From positions 776,116,001-776,180,000 of the forward strand of contig NW_027362762.1 of assembly GCF_046119375.1 (NCBI RefSeq): a stretch of 64,000 nt of DNA, in the 5' to 3' direction. Positions 12,900 to 25,661 of the stretch are shown piece after piece. A program made the position numbers and the translations under genes. The DNA comes from Phyllobates terribilis (lineage: Eukaryota). Numbering within the stretch: position 1 is the first letter of the stretch; each line of letters opens with the position of its first letter. Under the pieces are notes generated by a model. That model saw nothing but the letters and a program-made list of their open reading frames with translations. It had not been told where the DNA came from and did not search any database.

Positions 12900-13165
12900 T
12901 AAGATATTGGGATGTGATCACAGAACCATCAAAACTTTTCTTGCAAATAGACAACAGGGTCACAAAAAATGTGATTAGAAAAAAAGATGCACATTAACTG
13001 CCAAAGATTTGAGAAGAATCAAACTTTTCATGGTTATTTTATCACACCCTAATTCAAGGACTTGTAACAGTTTTTTTACTTTTCAGAGTCAGTTAAATCT
13101 CTATTTTGGCCCATCTTGCCTGAGGAAAAGAGGCTGCCTAATAATTCTGCACATCTTGATAAAGG
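12900..13165 (-). mobile_element. Tc1 5' fragment
   Basis: Minus strand tgtgcagaattattaggca...ATGGGCCAAAATAGAGATTTAACTGACTCTGAAAAG (MGQNRDLTDSEK). Confidence 0.6.
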
Positions 13166-14087
13166 GTATTGGATCCTTAGACCTCATCCTCCCTGATTAC
13201 ACAATTACACATCATCTGATCTGCTTCATCCAATAAGCACGTATACAGTTTGGAGTGGAAAAAAAATGATGATATGGTGAAAATACTCACTAGCCTAATA
13301 ATAATAATTTTTTTAAGCCTATTGCGGCAACATATTCCATAGCACTTTACAATTAAGCGGGGACATGTATAGACAATAAAGACATTACAGAGAAATACAG
13401 AACAATTCTGCACATAGTGTAGATCAAAGTACATATGAATTTTTCAGTAATGGTCATACATAAAATTCACTTACATGCAATGTAAGATACAATTTCAGTA
13501 AGCCTGCATGTGCTATATATGCTCCTTTCCACCATAATTAACAATTAAAATGACTAGAAATCAAAATAAAAAAACACACAAAAACGACAAAGAAGTCACA
13601 TCCATAAGAGCTTTCAATCTAAATATGTTATTTAAAAATATATTTTTTTTGAAAAACTGCTCAAGTTAAAACACTTGTATTGAAATTCAATAATCTTTTC
13701 AATATTTTATTGACTGCTGGACTTTACCACTGCATTGCACTAATACAATTTGCAACTTTGCCTGTATGTTTGGGGTCATTTCTGGGAATGACTACAACTG
13801 CCAAAACTTAACCAACTCCATCCTTAGAACCATGAGAAGAGTTCCAACTCCTTCTTCAGAGATGCTATCATCTGCGAGCCAGGCTCTGAATGAGAAATTA
13901 ATTACACTGTTTAACATATTTTATTTTCTTATGTAACCTTCCTACTATCTCCCTCAAGGCTTATTCACATGTCAGTATAATTCAAGAGTGGAACTTTCAG
14001 AGAAAAACTATAATTGAAAGAATGACATCTCTTCTGTGTTTTGGAGACACTATTGGTTTTTGCATATAAATGCTGATGAAATACAGG

Positions 14088-14581
14088 TGGGAGACTCACT
14101 ACTGAGAGGAACAGAAGCTGCTATCTGCAGACCGGACATAACCGCAAGAGAAGTGTGCTGCCTCCCAGGTGCGAAGATCAAGGATGTTACCGATAGGATA
14201 CCGAAGCTCATCAGTTCCAAGGATGTCCACCCATTTCTTCTGATACATGTTGGCACCAATGACACGGCAAGGAAGGACCTACCGACAATCTGCAAGGACT
14301 TTGAAGCATTGGGGAAGAAAGTAAAAGAACTGGATGCGCAGGTAGTTTTTTCTTCTATCCTTCCAGTAGACGGGCATGGCGTCAGGAGATGGAACAGGAT
14401 CCTTGATGTGAACAACTGGCTGAGACGATGGTGCAGACAACAAGGATTTGGATTCCTGGACCACGGTGTGAATTACCTCTATGACGGACTCCTTGCCAGA
14501 GACGGACTACACCTCAACAAACCCGGGAAACACACACTCGCCAGGAGACTCGCAACACTCAACAGGAGGGCGTTAAACTAG
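14088..14581 (+). pseudogene. CR1 ORF1 SGNH/GDSL esterase domain (partial)
   Basis: VGDSLLRG, CCLPGAKIKD, LIHVGTND and DGLHL motifs. Confidence 0.9.
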
Positions 14582-14592
14582 AAGAAGAGGGG

Positions 14593-17538
14593 ATGGGAAG
14601 AAAAATGTCGGACACGAACATGAAACCAGAGAACATACTAATGAAAGATATGAAGTGCGACAAAGAATGTCCAAGACAAGATACTTGGAAGGGAGGTAAG
14701 AAAATTTCTAATACAATCCACAGGGAGAAGATTGGAACAAAACAAAATCGTGTAAACTGCGTGCTAGCAAATGCCAAAAGCCTGACAAACAAGATGGATG
14801 AACTGGAAGCAGAAATATCTACAGGTAACTATGACTTAGTGGGAATAACCGAGACATGGTTAGATGAAAGCTATGACTGGGCAGTTAACTTACAGGGTTA
14901 CAGTCTGTTTAGAAGGGATCGAAGAAATCTGAAAGGGGGTGGAGTCTGTCTATATGTAAAGACATGTCTAAAGCCTACAATACGGGAGGATGTATGGGAG
15001 GGAAATGAGGAGGTCGAGTCCTTATGGGTGGAGATACATGGGGCAAAAACAATAATAAAATTATCATAGGAGTCTGTTATAAACCACCAAATATAGCAGA
15101 AGCCACGGAAAGTCTATTAATGAGACAAATAGACGAAGTAGCAAAAAATAACGAGGTGATTATTATGGGGGACTTCAACTACCCTGATATAGACTGGGAA
15201 ACCGAAAGCTGTAGATCTCAGAAAGCAAACAGGTTTCTGTCAATTATCAAAGACAATTATTTGTCACAACTTGTGCAGGAACCAACTAGAGGGACGGCCC
15301 TTTTAGACTTAATATTAACTAACAGGCCAGACAGAATAACTGAGGTGCAGGTCGGGGGGCACCTGGGAAATAATGACCACAACATTATTCAATTCCACAT
15401 GTGCTGCAGTAGGGTGCCCAGCAAGGGAGTCACAAAAACACTGAACTTCAGGAGGGCAAAGTTTGATCAGCTAAGAGATGCCCTTCACCTTATAGACTGG
15501 GATAGTATCTTCAGTAATAGGAGCATGGATAGAAAATGTGAAATTTTCAAAACAGTCCTACATAGTCACTGTAGAAGGTACATACCTTATGGGAATAAAA
15601 GGGCTAGGAATAGGAGGAAGCCAATGTGGCTAAATAAGGAAGTCAAGAGGGCACTGAAAAACAAAAAAAGGGCTTTCGGTAAACTTAAACAAGAAGGCAG
15701 CGAGGAAGCGCTAATATGTTATAGGGAAAAAAACAAAATCTGTAAGAAACAAATAAGAATAGCAAAAGAGGAGACAGAGAGACTAATTGCCAAGGAAAGT
15801 AAAACGAATCCCAAACTGTTCTTTAACTATATAAACAGTAAAAGGATTAAAACTGATGGAGTTGGCCCATTGAAAAATAACCTGGGTAAAATCATAGAGG
15901 GCGATGAGGGTAAAGCAAACCTACTCAATAGCTTCTTCTCCACTGTTTTCACAAAACAAAAAAAATTTATCGGAGGAAATGCAGAGTGATAATGTAAGCC
16001 CTCCGCTAAATATCACCCACCTAACCCAGGAGGAAGTTCAGAAACACCTAAATAATATCAAAATAGACAAGTCACCAGGCCCAGATGGCATACACCCCCG
16101 GGTATTAAAAGAATTAAGTAATGTGATAGACAGACCGCTGTATCTTATATTCAAACACTCTTTATGGACAGGGACTGTCCCACTAGACTGGCGCCAAGCA
16201 AATGTGGTTCCAATATTCAAAAAGGGGTCTAAAAGTGACCCTGGGAACTATAGACCAGTAAGCTTAACGTCTGTTGTGGGTAAATTGTTTGAAGGATTTC
16301 TTAGAGATGCTATTGTAGAATATCTTAATGATAATAACTGTCTAACTCCATATCAACATGGATTCATGAGGGATCGCTCCTGCCAAACAAACCTGATCGC
16401 CTTCTACGAGGAGGTGAGCTCACAGCTGGACCGGGGAGAGTCATTGGATGTTGTATACCTTGACTTCTCCAAAGCGTTTGATACCGTGCCACACAAAAGG
16501 TTGGTATATAAAATGAGAATGCTTGGTCTGGGGGATAATGTGTACAAGTGGGTAAATAGCTGGCTGAGTGATAGAAAGCAGAGGGTAGTTATCAATGGAG
16601 TAAGCTCAGGGTGTGTCAGGGTTACTAGCGGGGTGTCTCAAGGATCTGTCTTGGGCCCTATATTATTTAATATATTTATTAATGATTTAGTGGAAGGGTT
16701 GCATAGTAAAATAGCAATATTTTCAGATGATACTAAACTTTGTAAAGTAGTTAATACAGATGAGGATAGGGCACAGCTACAGGAGGATTTAGATAAATTG
16801 GGGAGTTGGGCCAAAAAATGGCAAATGGGGTTCAATGCCGATAAATGTAAGGTCATGCACATGGGAAAGAAAAACAGCAGTCACCCATACATATTAAATG
16901 GGAAACCGTTGGGGAAATCTGACATGGAGAAGGACCTGGGCGTCTTGGTTAACAGCAAATTAAATTGGAGTGCCCAGTGTCAGGCAGCAGCTGCAATGGC
17001 AAATAGAGTCATGGCATGCATCAAAAGAGGAATAGCGGCATATGATGAGAACATTGTTCTTCCTCTGTATAAAGCGCTGGTAAGGCCGCACTTAGAATAG
17101 TATGCACAGTTCTGTGCTCCGGTCCTCAGGAAAGACATATTGGAGCTAGAGAGGGTACAAAGGAGGGCGACTAAGGTAATAAAGGGAATGGAGGGACTAG
17201 AATACCCAGAGAGGTTGTCAAAACTAGGCCTATTTACGTTGGAAAAGAGAAGGCTTAGGGGAGACCTCATAAACTTGTATAAATACATCAGGGGGCAGTA
17301 CAGAGATCTCTCCCATGACCTGTTTATACCAAGGATGGTGACAAAGATGAGGGGGCACACTATGTGTCTGGAGGAAAGGAGGTTCCTGCATCAGCATAGA
17401 AGGGGATTCTTTACTGTCAGAGCCGTGATACTCTGGAACTCTCTGGGAGAGGAAGTGGTGATGTCCAACTCACTTAATGAGTTCAAGAGAGGCCTGGACG
17501 CCTTTCTTGAGAACAATAAAATTACATCTTATGCTTAG
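14593..17538 (+). pseudogene. CR1 ORF2 endonuclease-reverse transcriptase (2 frameshifts, 1 stop)
   Basis: GITETWL, MGDFNYP, LDLILTN, KSPGPDG, YRPVSLTS, LDFSKAFD, QGSVLGP, FSDDTKL. Pieces are ORFs 14593, 15024, 15904 and 17140. Confidence 0.95.
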
Positions 17539-18069
17539 TGATAGTTAATTAATCCAGGGATTTAATCTGACTGCAAGATTGGAGTCGGGAAGTGAATTTT
17601 TCCTCAATGATGTAAATTGGCCTATACCGCATGTTTTTTTTTTGCCTTCCCCTGGATCAATGCTGCGGAATAGCTGCAGTGCACAAGAAATAGGCTGAAC
17701 TGGATGGACGCTTGTCTTTTTTCGGCCTTATAAACTATGTAACTATATAACTATGTAAATACTGATCAAAAATACTGATGTGTGAATAAAGCCTAAGATG
17801 ATCTGAAGTAAAGTAAAAGCTATTTTTAACAAACGTATATATGATTTTTTTTTCTGTTTGTATTCATTCTTGGATACTGGAAATCTCAAGTGATTTTGGT
17901 TCACTCTCCTTTGCAGAACTGACTTAAATGGGCTGTTCCTTGAAAACAAGTTTTCACCTATTTGCCGGAGAGGTGGTAACTTGTTAATTGGTGGGATGTA
18001 ACTGCTGGGGACACAACTATTGGCAGTATGGGGAGCTTTTATCCCCGTTAAAATGGAGTACACACATGG

Positions 18070-18485
18070 AGTGTGTGCAAGTACGATCGTTGCTCCATTC
18101 ATTCTCTATGGGGCTGATGAGTGTTGTGCTCCGTTTTTTTTGGCAGCCACATAGAGAGAATTAACGAAGCTGCCGCTTCCTTTTGTAATGGAAATATAAG
18201 CATGAGATGCCTTTAAATTTAAGTGGCAGCGATTTGAAAATGCGGAGAGGACTTGACGGGTGACAGTGAGGAGTGGGGGCTGGAGAGGTCAGCAGTGAGA
18301 TGAGTTTAAGTATTTTTTTTATATTTTTAATATCTTAAGTTTATTATGCTCTGGGGTCTGTAGAAACCCTATACTATAATAAGGGACATTAAATTTGTGG
18401 AGAATAACTTATCTGTGAATCAAATTTCCTTGGAAAATCCACACGCACAGGCAAATTCGAATTTTGACTCTTCGGCTCATCTCTA
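18070..18485. mobile_element. Non-autonomous hAT (MITE-like) remnant
   Basis: TIR gctcatctcta at 18475-18485. The left boundary is uncertain. Confidence 0.45.
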
Positions 18486-19794
18486 GTTGACTTTTTTTAA
18501 GCAATTATATTACACAAACTTGTGGCACAATTTTTTAGCAACTGTGGTACATTGGATCAAAGTTTCGGTCACTGTTTTTTCTATGCCCACTTTACGATAA
18601 ACCACACTCTCTTACGATAAACCACACGCAAAGAATGAAAGGCTGCTTTTTGGCACAAATTAAGCCAGATTTCAAGAGTATGTAGCTTAGTATATCAGCT
18701 CCTGTATTTCAAGTGTGAAAACCTAGGTCGGAGACAAAAATGATAAATCCACCAAGATAGTTTTCTGAAATCAGCACATGCTTTCTCAATAATATTATAT
18801 CAAAGCACTGTTTGGTGCCTGATCTAAAATTTTTCGTCCCTTTGTCCTGTATTTGACTCCGTGTATTTCTAGGAACTTAGCAATGCAAGCGTGATGTAAA
18901 ACAGTAATATATCACATGAATAGAAATTATATACTACTGAATAAATGAATCTACAGTGGCAAGCTGCTGAAAACATGACTAATGACAGTATTAAACCTAG
19001 GCTACCTACAAACAATAATTATTTCCAGGGTTTTACCGGTTATCTTTGGGCCATCACTACCTGACAGACTTGCAGCTGTTACAGAATCCTGATCGTATAT
19101 TCATGAATGTCATAAGAAATATATAGGCATGATCCAGCTAGATAAGAAAACAAAAAGATTTCCTAGGAAAAAATCCTAGTTGTTAGTTAACAGAACTTAT
19201 CAAACATTATTGCTTCAGACAAAAAAAAAAAATCACAGAAATGAGGCAGCCTTACTTAGCAACACCAGGTCCCAATACTAATGCACTACAGGATGCTGCA
19301 GCTCCATGATAAAGGCGGGGGCAGCACAAGTGCAAAATACTTATGAAACAACCACTCACAACCTTCCATCATGGAGGGGGTGGCAGCCTACTATTATTAA
19401 GACACACCAATGAGGCTTGTATAGGGCACCAGTCACACAGATATGTGTGGTCCACAGTATCAATCTAACAGCCTATTAATGATGCCCATAGTATTAGATC
19501 AGGCAGGCAGTGCTCCCTTCCAGTACAGACACCCCAATTTGCCCAGCAAGCACTCAATGGCACTTGAGCTAGCGTAGCTAGGGTTCAACTTAGGGGGGGG
19601 GTGAATCTATGTGGGACCCTAACCAGGTAACCACGATTACAGCTTTGGTGGTACAATCTAATGGTGGGTATAGAGGAACCTCAGCAGATGACCAAGCTGT
19701 TGCTGAAAACAAATCTCTATACAAAGACCAAAACTGATATTACCACCATATGGTGACCATATAGTGGTAGATATCTGTCCTGTAGAATGTGTAA

Positions 19795-20184
19795 TGGTAC
19801 TTTCACATTGCATTCAGGCATCCATTTCGCGGCTCCTTTGGGACTTATTTCTGAATCCCCCGGATGTATGCGTCGAAGGGGCCATAAACTATAATGGTGA
19901 TGGCAGAGTGCATGCTCGCTCTGCTGTGCATCATTTTTGAGTGTGTACACCAACTGGAGGCAGACAGTCAGCTGTAGTAGACTACGCCTGAGTGTCCACC
20001 TCCAGTAGGTGTATATGCCAGAAAATGGTGCACGGCAGAGCGCACGTTTGCTCTGCTGGCACCATTACAGTCTATGGCCCCACTGACACATATGTCCAAA
20101 TCCTGTTTTGCGGTGAGGGTGGGTTTGGATGTAAGCCCCAAGTGGCCCAACAAACTGGTGCCTGAACGCAATGTGAAAGCACCC
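19795..20184. mobile_element. PIF/Harbinger-type MITE
   Basis: TIRs ggtactttcacattgcattcaggca and tgcctgaacgcaatgtgaaagcacc, flanked by TAA on both sides. Confidence 0.7.
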
Positions 20185-20689
20185 TAAGAGATTACAATAC
20201 AGATATTGATAGTGACTTACAGCTGATGCTCTTTCTTATGGAGTCATTCACTTTTCCCTTCTTTCCCATCTTGCCCAGACCACCAAAAATTACAACAAAG
20301 ACTCATTTGACTCCTCACTTTTCCAGCACCTTCCCCCATCTATTCCCAACCTGAAAATACTCCTCATCCTGCTGATACCACAATGCTGAGTCACTGCTGC
20401 AATACATGTCCCTATTACTGCACCTGCTGTGTCCCACATAATAATGCCCACCACTGTGCCCTTTACAAAGTAAAATGCCTTCTTTGTGTCATTTAGATAA
20501 TAAAATTGCCCCCTAGAATATATTAATGCTCTGTGCAAGTGTCCTAGAAAACAATATCCACATTTTGCTCCTAGTAAGTAATAATGCCCCCTGTGTGCAC
20601 CTTTGACAGTCACAATGCTCTGATTAGCACCAATAATGCTTCTTTAGTGCCTATTTAACATTTTATAATGTCTCCCGAGTCCCCAAATG

Positions 20690-21075
20690 TACAGCTCCTA
20701 CAGTATGGGGGGCCCATACTGTATAATGGCCCTAACAGTAGCCACCAAACTGTGTAATTCCCCTCCATTAGCTCTTACACTGTATGATGACCCCCACAGT
20801 AGTCTCCACACCATATAATGGCCCCCACGATTGGCCTCAAACTTTATAATGGTCCCCACATTAGCTACCACATTATATAGTGGCCCACACACTTTATGGA
20901 GGCCCCACACTGTTTGAGGGTCCCCCACAATAGTCCCTACAATGTGTGAGCCCCCCACAGTACCCCTCACACTTCATGAGATGCCCCCAAACTATATGAG
21001 GGCCCCCTATAGTAGTCCCTACAATGTATGAGCCCCTCACAGTAATGAACACTGTATGAGGGCCCCCATATACTC
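20690..21075. repeat. C-rich degenerate minisatellite (cccccaca...gtatgag-type units)
   Basis: Many imperfect ~30-40 bp units are visible. Confidence 0.6.
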
Positions 21076-21242
21076 ACCTAATCCAGGATCCTGAGTCCAC
21101 CAGTACAGCGCAGACGGACCAAAGCGTTGAAGTCATCACATCGAAGCACACTTATGATATTAGAGTCCCGGAACTCTGACATCTTGTGCATGTGCTGGTG
21201 CGTCTCTCACTTCTTCACCATATAGTTCAGTAGACAGTAGGA

Positions 21243-21752
21243 TTAAAGGGAATCTGTCACCCCCTGAGAGATATGAGACCTCTAATATGGTCATACAGGT
21301 TATAGAAATGTAAATCTATACATACCTGTATGGCCCATAGTAGAGGTCTACTTGCAGAGAAATGTGTTTTTATAAAATCTGTTTTCACATGCTTGGCATC
21401 CGGGGGACGCCAAGAAATCCCCGCCTATCTGATTAGGAAGCCCAGAAATCCCCACCTATCAGTTTATTTAGCATATTTCCCCCCTCCCCTGGTAGTCACA
21501 GGGCACTGTGACATGCACTCGTCTCACTCACTTCCCGCACATGCGCACAATGCCGGGGAGTCACCATGACTTCCGGGTGCCTGCGCACTGGAACACTGCA
21601 GAGACAAATGGGGGGGGGGAAGCATTTAGCAAAAAGAAACGTTTTCAAAACTTCTCAAACAGGGCCAATTTTTGCGCTACTTAATGTGACAAAACACTGT
21701 GAGTAAACACTAGAAAGGCAGACATCTGACCCCAAAAAGGATAACTTTTTAA
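21243..21752. mobile_element. TTAA-target Kolobok/T2-like MITE, degenerate right end
   Basis: Starts TTAA-AGGGAATCTGTCAC. Confidence 0.45.
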
Positions 21753-22426
21753 CTGTTTCTACAGTTTAAGCAGCCTAAAAAGTTCGATACTGCAGTGTGT
21801 TAGTAACAGTTCTGATATTTAACAATGGCTGTCATCTTCTTTCACTTAGCCAGAGAGGTTGAAATTACTTGAACAATAATAAAGTTGTGTTTGCATTAAA
21901 GCACTCAAAAGATGTTCAAGACGGATCTACAAGACCTCTGCTTGTTAGAGAACTACAGTTACTTTCAAGGCAATTAGAAACGATGCAGTATTCCAAATCA
22001 AATTTTGGGGGAAACTTTAGCAAAGCATATAAATTTGATTTTCAATCAGTTAAACCTTTTCTAGTGAGAATCATCAACAATCAACAAATATGGAGAATGA
22101 GCTAGCACATTCAGTGAAATGAACCTTTTATTAACGCATTCAATGTCTATGCTCCAATGGGAAGAAGAGAACGTACAACCTAGTGAAAATAAAAAAAATG
22201 TCATTTAGCAATATCAAACTATGGCCATAACTCTTTGTAGGGAAAACAAAATCGTCATTACAATTTCAATTCCATAATACGATGTCATCAGTTGTTTAAT
22301 ATACTGTAATTAAGGTGACAAGGTATAAAATACTTTTATGTAACACTTATAAAAATATATATATAAACATGTATAGTATGCATGTACACTACTTTTTATT
22401 CTATTATGTCATATGAATGTGAAATG

Positions 22427-22500
22427 TTAAACTATATTAAACAGAAAATATCCGAGCATTATTGAGCTTATGTAGCATATAATTACTGAGGAAGCAGAAC
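22427..22500 (-). CDS. Candidate terminal coding exon with a GPI-signal-like tail, (G)SASSVIICYISSIMLGYFLFNIV*
   Basis: Long polypyrimidine tract + TAG acceptor in unique DNA, phase-1 entry, small residues then a hydrophobic run to TAA, AATAAA ~27 nt downstream. No upstream exon found. Confidence 0.25.
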
Positions 22501-22954
22501 CTAGGAATTAAAAAATAAAAGTAGAACAGGATGAATTGACATAGCAAGTCTTAACTAGGCCCTGTAATTAATCGCCTGAATGGCTTTTTATACTTCAAAT
22601 GAAATCCTAAGTAAGTTGACAGCAATATATGGTTATTAATTATGAGTGCAAATCTTTTAAATATGACATATGACATACTTCTAAGCAGACATCTTGAGAA
22701 CTTTGAATCTGAGCTTCTAGTCTTAATAAGTAGTTTATGAAACACAAATAGTGAGGTAGACAGAGAAAATCATATTCTGAGTGGCAACATAAAAGTATCA
22801 ATAGTTGCTTTTAAGTAAGAAGTAACACTTTCAGTAGAAGGGTTGTCCACTTCTAGGACAACCCCTTCTCAATCACAATTTTGCCCCTGTAAAATAAAAA
22901 CACCTATACTCATCTCCCATGCCGGTGGCACTCTGTTCATGGGGTTCACATAGA

Positions 22955-23994
22955 TGTCCATAAATTAAGTTATATGTAATAATAAGAAATGACACAGGCA
23001 AAAAGTATTTACCTCTTACTGAAATTTTAGTTAATACTTACAAAAGACTTTGTTGGTGATGACAGCGTCAAGATGTCCTCCTGTATAGAGAAACTAGTTG
23101 CATGCATTGCTCAGGTGTGATTTTGGCCCATACTTCCACACAAACACTTTTCAAATCCTGAAGGTTACGTGGGCTCCTTCTATGAACTCTAAGCTTTAGT
23201 TCCTTCCACAGATTTTCTATTGGAATCAGGTAAGGTGATTGACTGGGCCATTCTAGCAGCTTTATTTTCTTTCTTTGAAACCAATTGAGAGTGTCCTTGG
23301 CTGTGTGTTTGGGATCATTGTCTTGCTGAAATGTCCACCCTTCAGACCTGCTGATTCCAGGTCTTCTGTAGCTCTCCACAGGCAGTCCTTTACTCTTGGA
23401 CAACTCTTCTGATAATTCTTTTCACTCCTCTGTCTGAAATCTTGTGGTGAGTACCTGGTCATGGCTGGTTTATGGTGAAATTATGTTCTTTCCACTTCTG
23501 GATTATGGCCACAACAGTGCTCACTGGAACATTCAGTAGTTTAGAAATTCTTCTTTAACCAATGCCATCTGTATGTTTTGCAACAATAACGTTGCCAAGG
23601 TCTTGAGACACCACACTGGTTTTACCCATCGTGACATGTTTCTTGTGTGGCGCCTTGGTAATGAGACACCTTCTTATAGGCCATCAGTTGAGCCAGCTGA
23701 TATTATTTTTCAATAAGTGGAAGGATTACTTTCTAATTACTAATAGATTTCAGCTGGTGTCATGAATGTCCATGGCTTTTTGCACCTGTCTTTCTTCATG
23801 TGTTCAATACTTTTTCCTTGTGTCATTTCTTAGTACACATAACTTAATTTATGGACATCTGTGGTTTGATTTCTTTGCTGGTGGAGTGGATGGGTTGTTA
23901 CTGACATCTGGTGAGAATTTCATGTCAATAGCACCTTTAGAAATATATTTACTTAGAAAATTTGTGACGATTTCAATACTTATTTCACCCTCTG
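22955..23994 (-). mobile_element. Internally deleted Tc1 element
   Basis: TIR CAGAGGGTGAAATAAGTATTGA at 23994 next to TA. Transposase remnant [10 protein letters not shown]...[15 protein letters not shown]. Confidence 0.85.
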
Positions 23995-24005
23995 TATGTA
24001 CATAC

Positions 24006-24130
24006 TAGAGATGAATGAACCGATCCTCTCCAAATTGACTTTGAGTCGAATTTTCTGAAATTTGCAAGTTCCACTGAAAATAATCAATTTGCAATTCCAT
24101 TTTTCGTGTTTTACAACAAAAAAATGATTG
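24006..24130 (+). mobile_element. hAT-type left terminus of a degenerate non-autonomous element
   Basis: TAGAGATGAATGAAC resembles the family TIR. Confidence 0.4.
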
Positions 24131-25229
24131 GCGGTGTTTCATACATTGCTGATAAGAGAGCAGGCTAATATGAAATTAGACATAGCGGCGCATGCATCCC
24201 CATAATGCTTTGCACCTGTTACATCATAAGGTCTAACACATCCAATTTGGGGAGACCATCACAGGCACTTTAAAGGACATGGGCAGGGAGAGAGAGGGCT
24301 AAATCAGAATATGGTGTAATATTTTAGGGATGAAGAACACAGAAACTGGATGTTGTAGTCTTACTCTGTAAATAATAATACACAGGTTCAAGTGATAAGG
24401 AGGTGCTGGATCTGCAGAAACTATATGACTGTGAATTAATTGATCCATGACATATTGCAGTACAGAACTTTAATAAAACCAATATTTTTTTCATGCTTGA
24501 TGCATTAAAAAAATGAATTCTCTTTCATAGAAAGTGTGTTTTCTGGCATTTGAAGCAGACAAGCCAAAAGTGACATAATTTTTCTGCATTTCTTTTGCAT
24601 ATTGTTTTTCATTAAGGCAGGATGTTTTTTTTTTTTTTTAAATCACAACATTACAGAAATGTAAATGCAACTGTCTAGCCAACAAAGTATGCATGTTTTA
24701 AAAAAATGTTTTTTTTTTTTTTTTTTTTGCACACTTGTAATAATCCAAGATTACATTCTTAAACACCACCTAAGTACAGTTGCCTGTTGCAGGTGCTTGC
24801 TTTTGGGATGTGAACCTTCCAAGCCTTTAATGTCACATCTTCTTTGGTATAGGCTCAGTGGATGTTATTTTTTTTCATAGAAAATAGAAAAATCATTGCA
24901 CTCCTATATAAATCAATGCATGTAGTTTTAGTTGTAATCCAAATCATAATAAACATGACGTTTTGGTCAAACAAGTCCTTTATCGGAAAATGCTGAAAAA
25001 ACAGAACATAGAAGATCAATTACAGATCATATATTAGCATAATCAATACCAGAAATAATAAATACAGTGATGAGCAAAAGGGTAACAATTAGAGATGAGC
25101 GAACATGTTTGGAAAACGTTTGCCAATTTCAAATTCGGCACATTTGGATTCATGACCGGACACCCCAGCGTTTTTACTTAAAATCTGAAAAATTTGGTAA
25201 AAGTGCAGGAAATAATTGCGTTTCTACTA

Positions 25230-25620
25230 CAGATTTCAGTTTGAACTTATTTGGAGCATATATTCTATTTAATACAGGCCTCATTCACAGTTTAAAAAAT
25301 AATTTATTGTGTTACTAACGTGATACAGTAGGCCAAATCTCCGTTTGAACTTGTTTGGGGCATATATTCTACATAATACATGTCTCATCCACAGTAAAAA
25401 AAATAATTTATTTTGTTACTAACGTGATACAGTAGTGGAGATCTCAGTTTAAAATTCTTTGGAGCATATATTCTATTTAATACAGGTCTCATCCACAGTA
25501 AAAAAAATAATTTCTTTTGTTACTAACGTTATACAGTAGTGGAGATCTCAGTTTAAAATTCTTTGGAGCATATATTCTATTTAATACAGGCCTCATCCAC
25601 AGTAAAAAAAAAAAAATTTT
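25230..25620 (+). repeat. 104-bp tandem repeat, ~4 copies, upstream of the transposase start
   Basis: ttgg(a/g)gcatatattct recurs at 25251, 25355, 25459 and 25563. Confidence 0.85.
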
Positions 25621-25661
25621 TCTTTGCTAATAGCGTGTTCCAACCAAACTATCTGAGCAAC

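Larger units (their letters stand above)
14085..17756 (+). mobile_element. CR1 LINE, 5'-truncated within ORF1
   Basis: Esterase-type ORF1, APE-RT ORF2, 3' UTR ending in an (ACTATGTA)-type microsatellite. Possible AAATAC duplication at 14079-14084 and 17757-17762. Confidence 0.95.
13957..17794. mobile_element. Small Harbinger-like MITE split by the CR1 insertion
   Basis: Inverted termini aggcttattcacatgtcagtat (13957) and atactgatgtgtgaataaagcct (17772-17794). Confidence 0.55.

Noticed and set aside
13177-13434. LLDEADQM resembling DEAD-box motif II
   Set aside because: No other helicase motifs or credible splice sites. Likely chance.
13824-13885. Minus-strand exon-like stretch after ttctcattcag (PGSQMIASLKKELELFSWF* or AWLADDSISEEGVGTLL...)
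   Set aside because: No recognisable protein and only a weak donor. Cannot be supported without RNA data.
21869-22105. 78-aa ORF in unique DNA
   Set aside because: TTG start, an upstream stop in frame, and no known motif.
24967-24992. Strong minus-strand acceptor followed by FSDKGLV*
   Set aside because: Too short, with no good donor or recognisable product.
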